64,000 nt of DNA from a virus (lineage: Duplodnaviria; Caudoviricetes), in the IMG/VR virus record IMGVR_UViG_3300037067_027684, positions 182,685-246,684 of that record, one strand, 5' to 3'. The translations under genes and the position numbers were made by a program. Positions 44,170-53,376 of the stretch are shown one piece after another (position 1 is the first letter of the stretch; every line of letters begins with the position of its first letter). The notes under the pieces were generated by a model, which saw nothing but the letters and a program-made list of their open reading frames with translations, made no database searches and had not been told where the DNA came from.

Positions 44170-44234
44170 CTTCCTGCTCCTCTGCCCCTTTGGGGCGGTT
44201 CGTGTTGGCGGTTCGTTCCGCCTGCACCCAGCTC

Positions 44235-44406
44235 GTGGCGGCTCCTGCCGCTCTGGGGGAGGCCCGCTGCCCGCTCGTGCGGTGCCCTGCGTCCTTCCCC
44301 GCTCCGGTCGTGGCGCTCCGCCCCGCTTTGGGGGAGGCGCGCTGCTTCCGTCGCGTGTGTCCTTCTCCTGCGCTCAGGTTGTGGCGCTCCGGTCCCCTCT
44401 GGGGGA
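44235..44406 (-). promoter_or_regulatory. three tandem copies of the bipartite promoter-like motif
   Basis: GTGGCG(G)CTCC-N5/6-CT(C/T)TGGGGGA at 44235, 44310 and 44381. Confidence 0.55.
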
Positions 44407-44519
44407 CATCCTCCAAAGAGCGCGGGGATGCCACAAGATAGGGATTGTACCCCCGTAGAAGTATGGCGGGGAGGGGGAGGGGACCAAGGGGGAGGGGGGT
44501 CGGCCCTCCTTTCAGCGAG

Positions 44520-44646
44520 GGGTATTTTTCCATGGCGATTCTTTTTAGGAGAAAGTATTTTGTGTTTGTGGGTGAACGAGGTTAAATATTTTACCTCCTT
44601 TTGGGTGTGCTTCTTTGGGAGGGTATTTTTCCATGGCGATTCTTTT
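44520..44646 (+). repeat. 26-bp exact direct repeat, 101 bp apart
   Basis: GGGTATTTTTCCATGGCGATTCTTTT at 44520-44545 and 44621-44646. Confidence 0.85.
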
Positions 44647-44676
44647 GATAGGAGTATTTGAGTTGGGAGGTGGTTA

Positions 44677-46098
44677 ATGGTTGCTTTACATGGTGTTCTG
44701 AAGGATGATGGGGATGATTGTCGTTGGCGTTGGTGTTGGCGTCAGGGGCCTGTGGTGTTGGTTGATCCTGCGGCGGTTGATGCTGTGGTTGGTAGGGAGT
44801 ATAAGTATCATTCTTTTCGTCCTGCGCAGGAATATTGTTTGATTTATGTTAGGGGTAATCCTTCTCCTATTGAGGTGTTTGAGTCTGTGGGGGTTGTTGA
44901 GGTTAGGTTGGGTTTGAAGAGGGAGGTGTTGGGTGGGAGAGCATAAGGTGGGTGTGTTGGGTGTGTTTTCTGATGTTGAGTTGAGGAGTTTGAAGTGGTT
45001 GGCTAGTAGGTTGAGTATATGTCCTAATTGTAGTTCGTTGGAGGATGAGGTGGGTAGGTTGAATGGTGTTATTGTTGGGTTTGTGGTGCGTAAGGTGTTT
45101 CCTGGTGTTGTTATTCGTGGGGGTAGGGGTGGGGTTGAGGCGTTTATGGTTCCGGATGATGAGGGTAAGGCGTTTATGGAGTTTGTGTTGGATGTGGTTC
45201 CTGGGGAGTTGGAGAAGGTGGGTGTTAGGTTTGTGGGGGTTATGCCTCATTCGGTGAGTAGTACTAGGGAGTTTTATCCGGAGGTTTATAGTAAGGCGTT
45301 TTTTGGGAGGGTTGTGAAGCGTAAGGTGCGTAAGGTGCGTAAGGTGCGTGGGAGGGGTTTATGAGTTTTGAGGATTTTGTTTCTCTTGTTCGATTGGGTT
45401 TGACGGTTGAGGAGAATGCGAGGGTTAGGGATTGTGATATTCGTGTTGGGTTTGATGCGGGGCTTTTGGTGGTTGAGGAGAGGCGTGAGGTTATTGAGGG
45501 GTTGGCTGCTTTGAGGGATTTTGGTTATCCTAATTCTCCTCTTCCGAGGCGTATCAAGCCAAAACCACCGTTGGGTAGGTTTATTAGGGAGGGGGATTGT
45601 GGGCCGTTTTGTGGGGTTTGTGGGTCGTCTTTTCGGTTGAGGTGGGGGTTTCTTAGGTCGAAGAGGTGTATTAATTCTGGTTGTGTTAATTCGGGGTTGG
45701 TGTGTAGGGTGTGTGGTGCTGGGGTTGGTGAGGTGTGTGATGCTGGGTTGCATGGTTGAGCAAATTTATTGTCAAAGGAGATAATAATGGGTAGAATTGA
45801 TGACATTGCGAAGTTGATTGTTGAGGGTGTGGTTCCTGGTCAATCTTCTGTGAGGATTCCTCAGACTCCTTCGCAGGTGTTTTCGCAGGTGTTTTTGCAT
45901 GGTTCTGGTGTTAATATGTCGTTGGATAATGCTCTTAGGGCTGTGCAGGAGTATGGTGTTAATGTTGGTTTGAATCCTGAGTTAATTCAGCAGGCTGTTG
46001 AGTATGCGAAGGCTAAGTATCAATTTTATGCTGATGAGATTCATCAGGCTCCTATGAATGATGTTGGGTATGAGATTCAAGGGACGCCTGGGGTTTAA
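44677..46098 (+). other. four G/T-rich hypothetical genes (44677..44946, 44933..45364, 45361..45759, ~45787..46098)
   Basis: Abutting ORFs with GGAGG/AGGAG RBSs. Confidence 0.6.
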
Positions 46099-46118
46099 AT
46101 GTTTCCTTATTCTGAGAG

Positions 46119-46745
46119 GTGGGTAGGTTGTCTGATGTTGTGGGGAAGTTGCGTTTTATTGAGAGGGGTTCGGATTTTTATTTTAATGTTATTGGGTGTG
46201 GTGTTTCTCAGGTTGAGTTGGATAGGTATATTGCTAATAGGTTGTTGAAGTCTTCTTCGCCTTCTGAGATTTCGGTTGATAGGTTGCGTGATGATATTTC
46301 GTTTTTGTTTGGGTTGGGTGGGGTTATTAGTGGTGGTTGTGCGTTGGCTTTTTTGCATAATACTCATCGTGCTAAGGATGTGGATTTTTATTTTAATGAT
46401 GAGGTTGCGTTTGTTAAGGCTTATTTGAGGACTTATGATAATCCTTTGGTTGATGTGTGTTTTTATTTTGATGAGCCGCATGAGTTACATGATATGTCGT
46501 TGGTTATGTGTAATATTTATAGTGATAGGGTGGAGACTACTCCTCAAGCGCAGTTGGCTTTGGATTCTGGGGTGTCGGAGTTGTATCCTGAGAATGTTAT
46601 TTATCCTGATAGGACTATTATGAGGATTATTAAGTATCATAAGCGTACTGGTGTTAGGTTTAGGGGTGAGCAGGTTTTGTTTATTTGTTCTATTTTTGGT
46701 GTTGATCAGGGGTTATGTAGGGATGGGTTGGGGTGTTGTGTGTGA
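46119..46745 (+). CDS. Pol-beta-superfamily nucleotidyltransferase-like protein
   Basis: ISGGCAL...KDVDFYF (GG..DxD) and C-terminal RIIKYHKR. Confidence 0.6.
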   Translation: MGRLSDVVGKLRFIERGSDFYFNVIGCGVSQVELDRYIANRLLKSSSPSEISVDRLRDDISFLFGLGGVISGGCALAFLHNTHRAKDVDFYFNDEVAFVKAYLRTYDNPLVDVCFYFDEPHELHDMSLVMCNIYSDRVETTPQAQLALDSGVSELYPENVIYPDRTIMRIIKYHKRTGVRFRGEQVLFICSIFGVDQGLCRDGLGCCV

Positions 46746-46795
46746 TTGGTGTTGTTCGGATGGGGGTACGGAAAAACTTCCTCTATAGATAAGAT

Positions 46796-47286
46796 GTGAT
46801 TATTTCTGAGTGTAATATTTCTTTGCCTTTTGTGTTGTTTGCTGATTGTGAGGTGTCGTATTGTGGGAGGGCGGAGTCTTCGTTAGTTAGGGGTAAGTAT
46901 TTGGTTGTGCGTAAGGTTGATGGTTCGTTTCTTATTATGGGTGGGGTGTTGGTTACTCCTTTGAATTATCAGGGTAGGGGTGGGGTGTTGGTGTTGGAGG
47001 GTGATGTGTTGGTGTGTAGGAGGTTGGGGGAGGTGTTGAGGGTTAGGGTGTTTGGGGTTGAGTTTTTTAGGGTGTTGGGGAGGTGTTTGAGGAGTTTCAG
47101 ACTCCTGTGGGGTGTGTTGATTTGTTGGTTGTGTCTGTTGATGGGGTGTATCATGTGGTGGAGTTTAAGAGGCGTAGGGCTAGTTTGTCTGCTGGGTCAC
47201 AGGTTGATAGGTATTGTGGTTATTTTAGGGGTTTGGTGGTTTGGCTTTGGTTTTATTTTCACATGCTTTCCTGGTTTGTTCTATGA
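46796..47286 (+). pseudogene. nucS: endonuclease NucS/EndoMS split by a frameshifting deletion near 47080
   Basis: N-domain CEVSYCGRAESSL..YLVVRKVDGS..PLNYQ in one frame; nuclease motif EFQTPVGCVDLL..VVEFKRR..QVDRY in another; linker and C-terminus missing. Confidence 0.7.
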
Positions 47287-47460
47287 GTTCTATCATTTCT
47301 TGTCGAGCTTGTCCTTGGGTGACGTATATTGGTCCGGTGAGATATATGATTTGTTCGTCTAATTTGAGTGATCCGTAGTATTTTCCGTTTATTTCTGGCG
47401 TGTCGCTGTAACATGGTGTTATTTCTTTGGTTAGGATGGTGTGTATTATTTGGTTGGGGA

Positions 47461-48015
47461 TCATAATTCTAGGTGCCTTTCTCCTGGTTCAGGTAATTCT
47501 TGTGAATTTCCAACTATGTGATTCCATTCGATTTCGCCTATTGCTCGTTTTACTTTTTCTATGTTTTGGAGTGCTTTTTGATAGTCTTTGGTTTTATTTT
47601 GTTCTTCTATTAATTGGAGTTGGTATGTTTTGGTTATTCCTTCTTGGGAGGCTTGTATTGATTCTACTTGGGATCTGAGTGCTGAGTTAGTGACTGTTAG
47701 GGCGGCGATGTTTTGGTTGGCTTGTCGAAAATTGGTTTCTGATTCTTCGGCTAATTTCTTCAATTTTTCGTATTGTGCTTTGAGGTTCTTTAATTCTTCT
47801 TGGGCGAGTTGTTCGGTGTATGCTGGGTCTTCTTGTAGTATGATTCTTGGTTTTCGGACTATTGATCTTTGGTTTACGTATGTGGTTGTTCCATTTATGT
47901 TTTGTGGTGTTGTGAATTCGTCTATGACATCTTCGTAGATTATTTCTTTTATTTCTAATGATGGGGCGCAGTATTGGAGTTGGGATGGGTTGTCTAGGTA
48001 TTGATATTTTGGCAT
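47461..48015 (-). CDS. hypothetical coiled-coil protein
   Basis: Heptad-rich C-terminal half. Confidence 0.6.
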   Translation of the reverse strand: MPKYQYLDNPSQLQYCAPSLEIKEIIYEDVIDEFTTPQNINGTTTYVNQRSIVRKPRIILQEDPAYTEQLAQEELKNLKAQYEKLKKLAEESETNFRQANQNIAALTVTNSALRSQVESIQASQEGITKTYQLQLIEEQNKTKDYQKALQNIEKVKRAIGEIEWNHIVGNSQELPEPGERHLEL

Positions 48016-48365
48016 TTGTTTATCCTTAGCAGAAGATTCTGAAGGGTGTTAGTATGATGTCTTTGATTTTGTTTGGTGGTGGGTTTATGTTTCTGAGTAC
48101 TTCTGGGTGGGTGTAATATTTGTTGTCTGGGTGCTGTTGGATTTGGGTTATTTGGTATTGGAGGGTTTTGATTTGTTTGTTTTTGACTTCGCTTCTGGCT
48201 TTGGTTATGACGTAGAGTATTAGTAGGAGTATTGCGATATGTGGTCTCCAGGGTGCTGGGATGTAATTGAAGAGTTCTTGTATCATTCGGTCCTCCGATT
48301 ATCCTAGGGAGTAGGGTATGCCTCTAGGAGTATCTGTTATGTTTTTATACCGCAAAGATAAGGGT

Positions 48366-48620
48366 ATGAAAGATTTTAATTTTGATAAGATTGAGAAGTT
48401 TGGTTTTCGTAAGCCTAAGAAGGATTATGGTGATTATGATCAAGAGCAGTTGTTGATGGGTATTGAGGTTGAGAAGGAGCATGTTGATGATGAGGAGGTT
48501 GCGGTTATTATTGCTGCTCATCATTTGGATGAGATTAGGGATTATTATTCTAGGTTGAAGAGGATGGAGGATGAGGCTAAGTCTGTTGATAAGATTGCTG
48601 AGTCTTTAGAATCTGCGTAG
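48366..48620 (+). CDS. DUF5661-like protein
   Basis: QLLMGIEVEKEH..VAVIIAAHHLDEIRDYYSRLKRME. Confidence 0.7.
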   Translation: MKDFNFDKIEKFGFRKPKKDYGDYDQEQLLMGIEVEKEHVDDEEVAVIIAAHHLDEIRDYYSRLKRMEDEAKSVDKIAESLESA

Positions 48621-49070
48621 TCTATTGGTTTTGGGTTTTTCTTGTTCGTCTGGGTCCATTTGTTTTAGTTTGATCGAGTCAATTACTTCTTCTCTTGGTG
48701 CGAAGAATACTGCTCCGTCAACTACGTTTAGTAGTATGTCTCCTTTGAGGATTCCGTCGTATATTACTTTGATTCCTTTTGCGAAGGCTATCATTTGGTA
48801 GTGGGCGAGTTTTTCTTTGTTTGTGAATTCGTTTATTTCTGGGATTTCTTCGGTTGAGTTTACATGTTCTTGGAGATTTTCTATTTGGGTTTTGAGGCCA
48901 AGGAACCAAGATCTTAGCATGTTTATTTCGTAGTCTGAGTGGGGTCCTAGTTTGGCTATTGTGCGCCAGTCTGAGATTGAGTTGTAGATTGCTAGTCCTT
49001 CTTCTTCTGTGATATATGGCATATGTCGCTCCTCTGTGTATTATATCGAATTAGAATATTATGGAAATTA

Positions 49071-49871
49071 TTAGTTTAATGGTTCTTGGTCTGTCATTGC
49101 TTCTAGTTCTTCTATCTCTTGGGCGGATGGGCCTTGATCTTCTTCAGCTATTTCATAGGCGATAATTATAGCTAATCGACCTCCGCCAAGATCTTCTTGG
49201 ATTACATAATAATTTCCTTGTTTCCTTACATGTAGGACTTCTACGCTAACTAATTCAAAAATTTCGCTAACTTTGTCACTAATCATTTTACCAACGAGTT
49301 GATCGTCCGCGTCAGTTGGTAGTGCAATGTTAATTTTTGTTTGAGTGAAATGTTGATTGTCGTCAACTTCGTCCCAAATTTTTAATACATAAGTTTTCTG
49401 GATTTGTTGTACACTTGGTTCTTGTGGTTCTAAATTTTCTATTAGCAATCCATTGTTGAATTTGATGTCTTCGGTTAGGCAATTTGCTATTTTACTGATT
49501 TCTTCCATTCCACGGACACTTTGCCCTTTTACTGATTGGACTTGTCTGGCTTCTGCTTGGAGTCCTTTGATCAATTGAGCGAGTTCTTGTAATTTCTTGG
49601 CTTTGGCTAATGAAAGAAGGTTCTGTCTTAATTTACCAATTTGTGGGTCACCTTCATATGTTTTGAATAGTCCGTCTATGAGTATTGCTGTGTCTTTGGC
49701 TCCTGGGGTGTTTGCTATCATTGCTATTTTCTTTGGCTCTTTGGCATATAACTTATCCCAGGTATTTCTATCGAGGTATCTGAATCCACTCGATTGGCCT
49801 GTTAGTTTGCCCCACATATCTCCTAATCCTTCTTTTAGGGCTTCTTCTAACAGAGTTTCTAGTTGTGTCAT
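49071..49871 (-). CDS. hypothetical protein, possible internal virion protein
   Basis: LLEEALKEG and IANCLTEDIKFNNG motifs. Confidence 0.6.
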   Translation of the reverse strand: MTQLETLLEEALKEGLGDMWGKLTGQSSGFRYLDRNTWDKLYAKEPKKIAMIANTPGAKDTAILIDGLFKTYEGDPQIGKLRQNLLSLAKAKKLQELAQLIKGLQAEARQVQSVKGQSVRGMEEISKIANCLTEDIKFNNGLLIENLEPQEPSVQQIQKTYVLKIWDEVDDNQHFTQTKINIALPTDADDQLVGKMISDKVSEIFELVSVEVLHVRKQGNYYVIQEDLGGGRLAIIIAYEIAEEDQGPSAQEIEELEAMTDQEPLN

Positions 49872-50304
49872 GGATGATCCCCTATAGTCTAACTCTATTT
49901 TTGTACAAATCCAAGCTCTTGCATAACTTCTAGATTAGCTTCTTTATGAGACTTTGGCCCATTGCCTTTCATTAGATAGGCACCTAGTTTAGATAGTTTC
50001 TGTCCAACCCAATAGGAGAATCTTTGACGGAGTGTCTTTTTCTGATGCCATTTCCAGTATATGAGGTCACGGATGGCAACATATATTTCTTCGATTTGTT
50101 TGTCGCGTTCGTCTTGGGCACTCATTGTTAGAGTATGTCCGCAGGAGAGAACTGGATCATCTCTGTCATAATCGATAATTGATTGTTCAGTGTCGCAGAA
50201 GGGGCATTTGGTCGTTCTCATGTGTTTCTCCTCCTGCTTTAGGATATCCTTCTAGTTGTCTCTGTATAGATTTTTGTTTGGTTGAATAGCAAACATATTG
50301 TGAG

Positions 50305-51179
50305 GTGCAGAATATGGTTGATTATGGGTCTGGCGAAACTATTTGTATTAATCCGCTTTTTTCCAATCACTTTGGCGTAGTTCGTAAGAATTTTATTGAT
50401 TGGCGTATTAGAGCGATTGGTGCTGGTATTAAGGTTGGTAGTTTAGTTAGGCTTAAGTCTGGTCGTCGTAGTTTGACTAATGGTAAGGTAATAACTGGTT
50501 TAGGTTCTGACAGATCTGTATTGAAGGTGTTTGATTATAGATATGCGAATAATTTTGATGCACAAGGGTTTTATACTAATCCAGAATCAGTTACTCAATG
50601 TCCTGGTTTTCCTGCTCAAGCCACCACCATTTTTGTCCAAATTGCTGAGGGCATATTTCCTCTTAGTAGTTTGGATATCATTAGGACTTGAGGTAAATAT
50701 AGATTATGATGACACCTGAACAAATTGCTGCTTTAATCTCTGAGGATATTTCCATTAATAATGGTCTTCCACCCGAATCTATTATTAATAAATCCACATC
50801 TGTTGATGTTGATATTGATGAGATTGCAAGGATGATGTCTGAGCAGCCTACGATTGATGTTCCTAATATTGCCGAGACGCCTCGCCCACGTAGGGTAGTT
50901 GATAATTCATTTGATAGTATGTCTCGCGTGATTGCTGAGTTAAGAGATTCTGGTTCTTATCGTGATGCTCCGGCAAGAGTTCCTTTGAGATTGCCTAGTC
51001 CTCCTATTCAATCTAATGATGTTAGATTGCCTGGTGAGGGTATTTTCTTGTGTGCTGGTGGTAGGATTACCCCAATTGGTGAGAGTAGGATTACTCCGGT
51101 TCAAGCTCCTGCACCTAGGTCTGTTAGGTCTGGTAAATCTGTGATTTCTGATTTAGGTTGTCGTCAATTGGAAATTTAG
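50305..51179 (+). other. two hypothetical genes (50305..50691, 50706..51179)
   Basis: ORFs with plausible RBSs. Confidence 0.55.
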
Positions 51180-51697
51180 TATACTTGCCTGTGTTTCGTT
51201 TGGAAGAAACCTGTTGAATCTCCTACGCTTAATGGTGGTAATGCTCCATTCTTGGTTGATATTACTCGTGAAGTTATGTCTCCATATTTGTCTTTACTTA
51301 ATATTTCTGTGATAAAGTGGATAATTCTAGATGGTGTGGCGTAATTTTTAAATCTACCCATGTTATTGTTGATACCTGCGATTGGGCTTCGTACTTCGGA
51401 TAAGCTAGTGACGGTTGATTCTCCGAGGTACATCCTACTAGTTCCTAATATGAATAGATTCCATCCTAATGTGACTACTCCGTTATTTGGATTTATTTCT
51501 TCTACGTAGGGTGTGACTTCAACTCTCCCAGCAAATTGAGGTATTTGTAATACCATATCTTGTAGAAGTTGTGGGTTTATTCTTTTGTCGAAGTTTTCGC
51601 TAAATCCTTTTTGGGTGAAATATTTAACCAATAGTCTCTTCATTAATTCTTTATTGAGTGCGGCGTGAATACGATCTGATAGTAATGTAGTATCCAT
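51176..51697 (-). CDS. hypothetical protein
   Basis: 173-aa ORF following the sigma-like gene. Confidence 0.6.
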   Translation of the reverse strand: MDTTLLSDRIHAALNKELMKRLLVKYFTQKGFSENFDKRINPQLLQDMVLQIPQFAGRVEVTPYVEEINPNNGVVTLGWNLFILGTSRMYLGESTVTSLSEVRSPIAGINNNMGRFKNYATPSRIIHFITEILSKDKYGDITSRVISTKNGALPPLSVGDSTGFFQTKHRQVY

Positions 51698-51716
51698 TCC
51701 ATCATATTTTTGACAA

Positions 51717-52775
51717 TTAATGTCCTAGTTGCATCGCCATACATTGTACCTTGATTATGTTTAGGTGTCGTTTTACTTCTCTTGGTGATTTGTTTAGGAA
51801 TTCTGCAACGTGGACTACTTTGGGAGATCCTGCTCCGTATTTATTGATAAATTCGTTTGGTCTTAGATCTTCCATGAAGATGTCAAGTATTGGTTTGGTG
51901 TCTTCTGGGATTCTTTCTCGTAGTCTGTCAAGAGTTTCTTGTTCTTCCATCGGCAAATCTCCTTTTTGGGTGTATGACCATACTTTCATTTCTAGTTGGT
52001 CACCACCATCTTCTCCGTCTTTATTGGTGTGGTCGAAACTTTGTGGTCGTATTGGTGTTTCTGTTGATTGTCTGATTGTGACTAATGATGTCTGGTCGCT
52101 TGTGCTTCTAATCATGATACCAGTCTCCGTTTGGGTTATTTCTACTCCGTGTGTTAAATACATAGCACTTAATTTCTTGAGTTCTGTAACAATCATTATC
52201 GGGTATATCCAATGGTCAAAGTATAATTCATAGCTAGTATCTTTCTCAATGATTTTCATATTTTCTAAATCAGATTTGAGACTTCTTTTATAAGATAGAT
52301 CGTGGACGGTTTCTATTGTTGCTTGTATGATATTCTTAACTTCATATAATGCTGTGTCTAGGGCTGGTAATTTTACCATTTTAGATTTATGAATTGTTGG
52401 TATTTTGTTTTCTCTTAGGATTTGTCTGAGATAATTGAAAGCCCATGTCTGGAACCATTTCTTTCTCTGAATAGGGTCAGTTAATGCTTTAAGAGTTGGT
52501 GGTTTGTTTGCCCATCCGCATAGTGCGGCTACTGCGGCTCGCATTATTGCTATTCTATAATCTTGTTCTCCGACATCTCTGTCATCGTATTCATTTTTAA
52601 TAGTTCGGGCAAGAGCATTGCAGAATTCAACTTTACATTGTGTTAGATTTGGGTCGTCCATTACTATGTTGACTATTTTTTCTAATTCGTCTTTTTGTTC
52701 AACGCTTAATTTTTTAAGTGTTTCATTACATAACGATCCTCGGAGGTATAATTTTGCGATTTGTGCGAACCCCAT
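51717..52775 (-). CDS. divergent sigma-70-like factor
   Basis: Region-2-like KKWFQTWAFNYLRQILRE; region-4 HTH VVHVAEFLNKSPREVKRHLNIIK preceded by LRERIPEDTKPIL. Confidence 0.5.
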   Translation of the reverse strand: MGFAQIAKLYLRGSLCNETLKKLSVEQKDELEKIVNIVMDDPNLTQCKVEFCNALARTIKNEYDDRDVGEQDYRIAIMRAAVAALCGWANKPPTLKALTDPIQRKKWFQTWAFNYLRQILRENKIPTIHKSKMVKLPALDTALYEVKNIIQATIETVHDLSYKRSLKSDLENMKIIEKDTSYELYFDHWIYPIMIVTELKKLSAMYLTHGVEITQTETGIMIRSTSDQTSLVTIRQSTETPIRPQSFDHTNKDGEDGGDQLEMKVWSYTQKGDLPMEEQETLDRLRERIPEDTKPILDIFMEDLRPNEFINKYGAGSPKVVHVAEFLNKSPREVKRHLNIIKVQCMAMQLGH

Positions 52776-52839
52776 GCTTGGTCTCCAATCAGTTCTGTTG
52801 CCTGTAGGGATGTATTTTACCACAAGGAGGAACATTGTT

Positions 52840-53280
52840 ATGCAAAGAATTAAGGTTAAAAAGCATTATGTGAATACTATTGAATTGGAGGAATGGTGGC
52901 AGGGGTGGATTGTTACTCAGGACCAATTCTCGTGGGATGAAGTATCTGATAGAATTTATAAGATGTGTTCTGGAATCGCGACTAAATTTAATCCCAAGGA
53001 TGAAGAGGAATACAACGAGCATGTTCATGATGCTTGGGCACAGACTATGGATAAAATCCGAACTGGGAAATTGCGTTTTATTAGGGGTAAAGCACCAGTT
53101 TTTAACTTGATCACCACCACTGTTTTTAGGATTTTGTACTCCAAAATGAATAAACAAAAGAAACAGCGTGAACATCAAAAGAAGTATGCTATCCAATACA
53201 TCCAGAAACATAACCCAGAATTGTTGAAGGGTGACAACAATTCTATGGACGATGATCATGATGGTTGTCTCGCGTCCTGA
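52840..53280 (+). CDS. T4 gp55-like late-transcription sigma factor
   Basis: HYVNTIEL, IATKFN, EHVHDA and APVFNLITTTVFRILYSKMNKQKKQ parallel gp55 YVNNKEL/LSKRFN/EMIAD/NPHAYITQ; AAGGAGG RBS. Confidence 0.65.
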   Translation: MQRIKVKKHYVNTIELEEWWQGWIVTQDQFSWDEVSDRIYKMCSGIATKFNPKDEEEYNEHVHDAWAQTMDKIRTGKLRFIRGKAPVFNLITTTVFRILYSKMNKQKKQREHQKKYAIQYIQKHNPELLKGDNNSMDDDHDGCLAS

Positions 53281-53376
53281 ACAATTCTTGACGAATTCTA
53301 CTATCATGTGTTCTCGAAATGTAAAGTATCATAAATCTCGAAGTATTAAATAATTATAGATTAATTTGGAGGTATT

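Noticed and set aside
33218-47154. Pro/Thr/Asn/His-rich ORFs such as 33218..33808, 37373..38046, 44903..45753 and 46107..46481, and the long GC-rich ORFs at 43697-44661
   Set aside because: They are stop-free antisense or alternative frames caused by extreme skew or high GC; they lack RBSs and overlap better genes.
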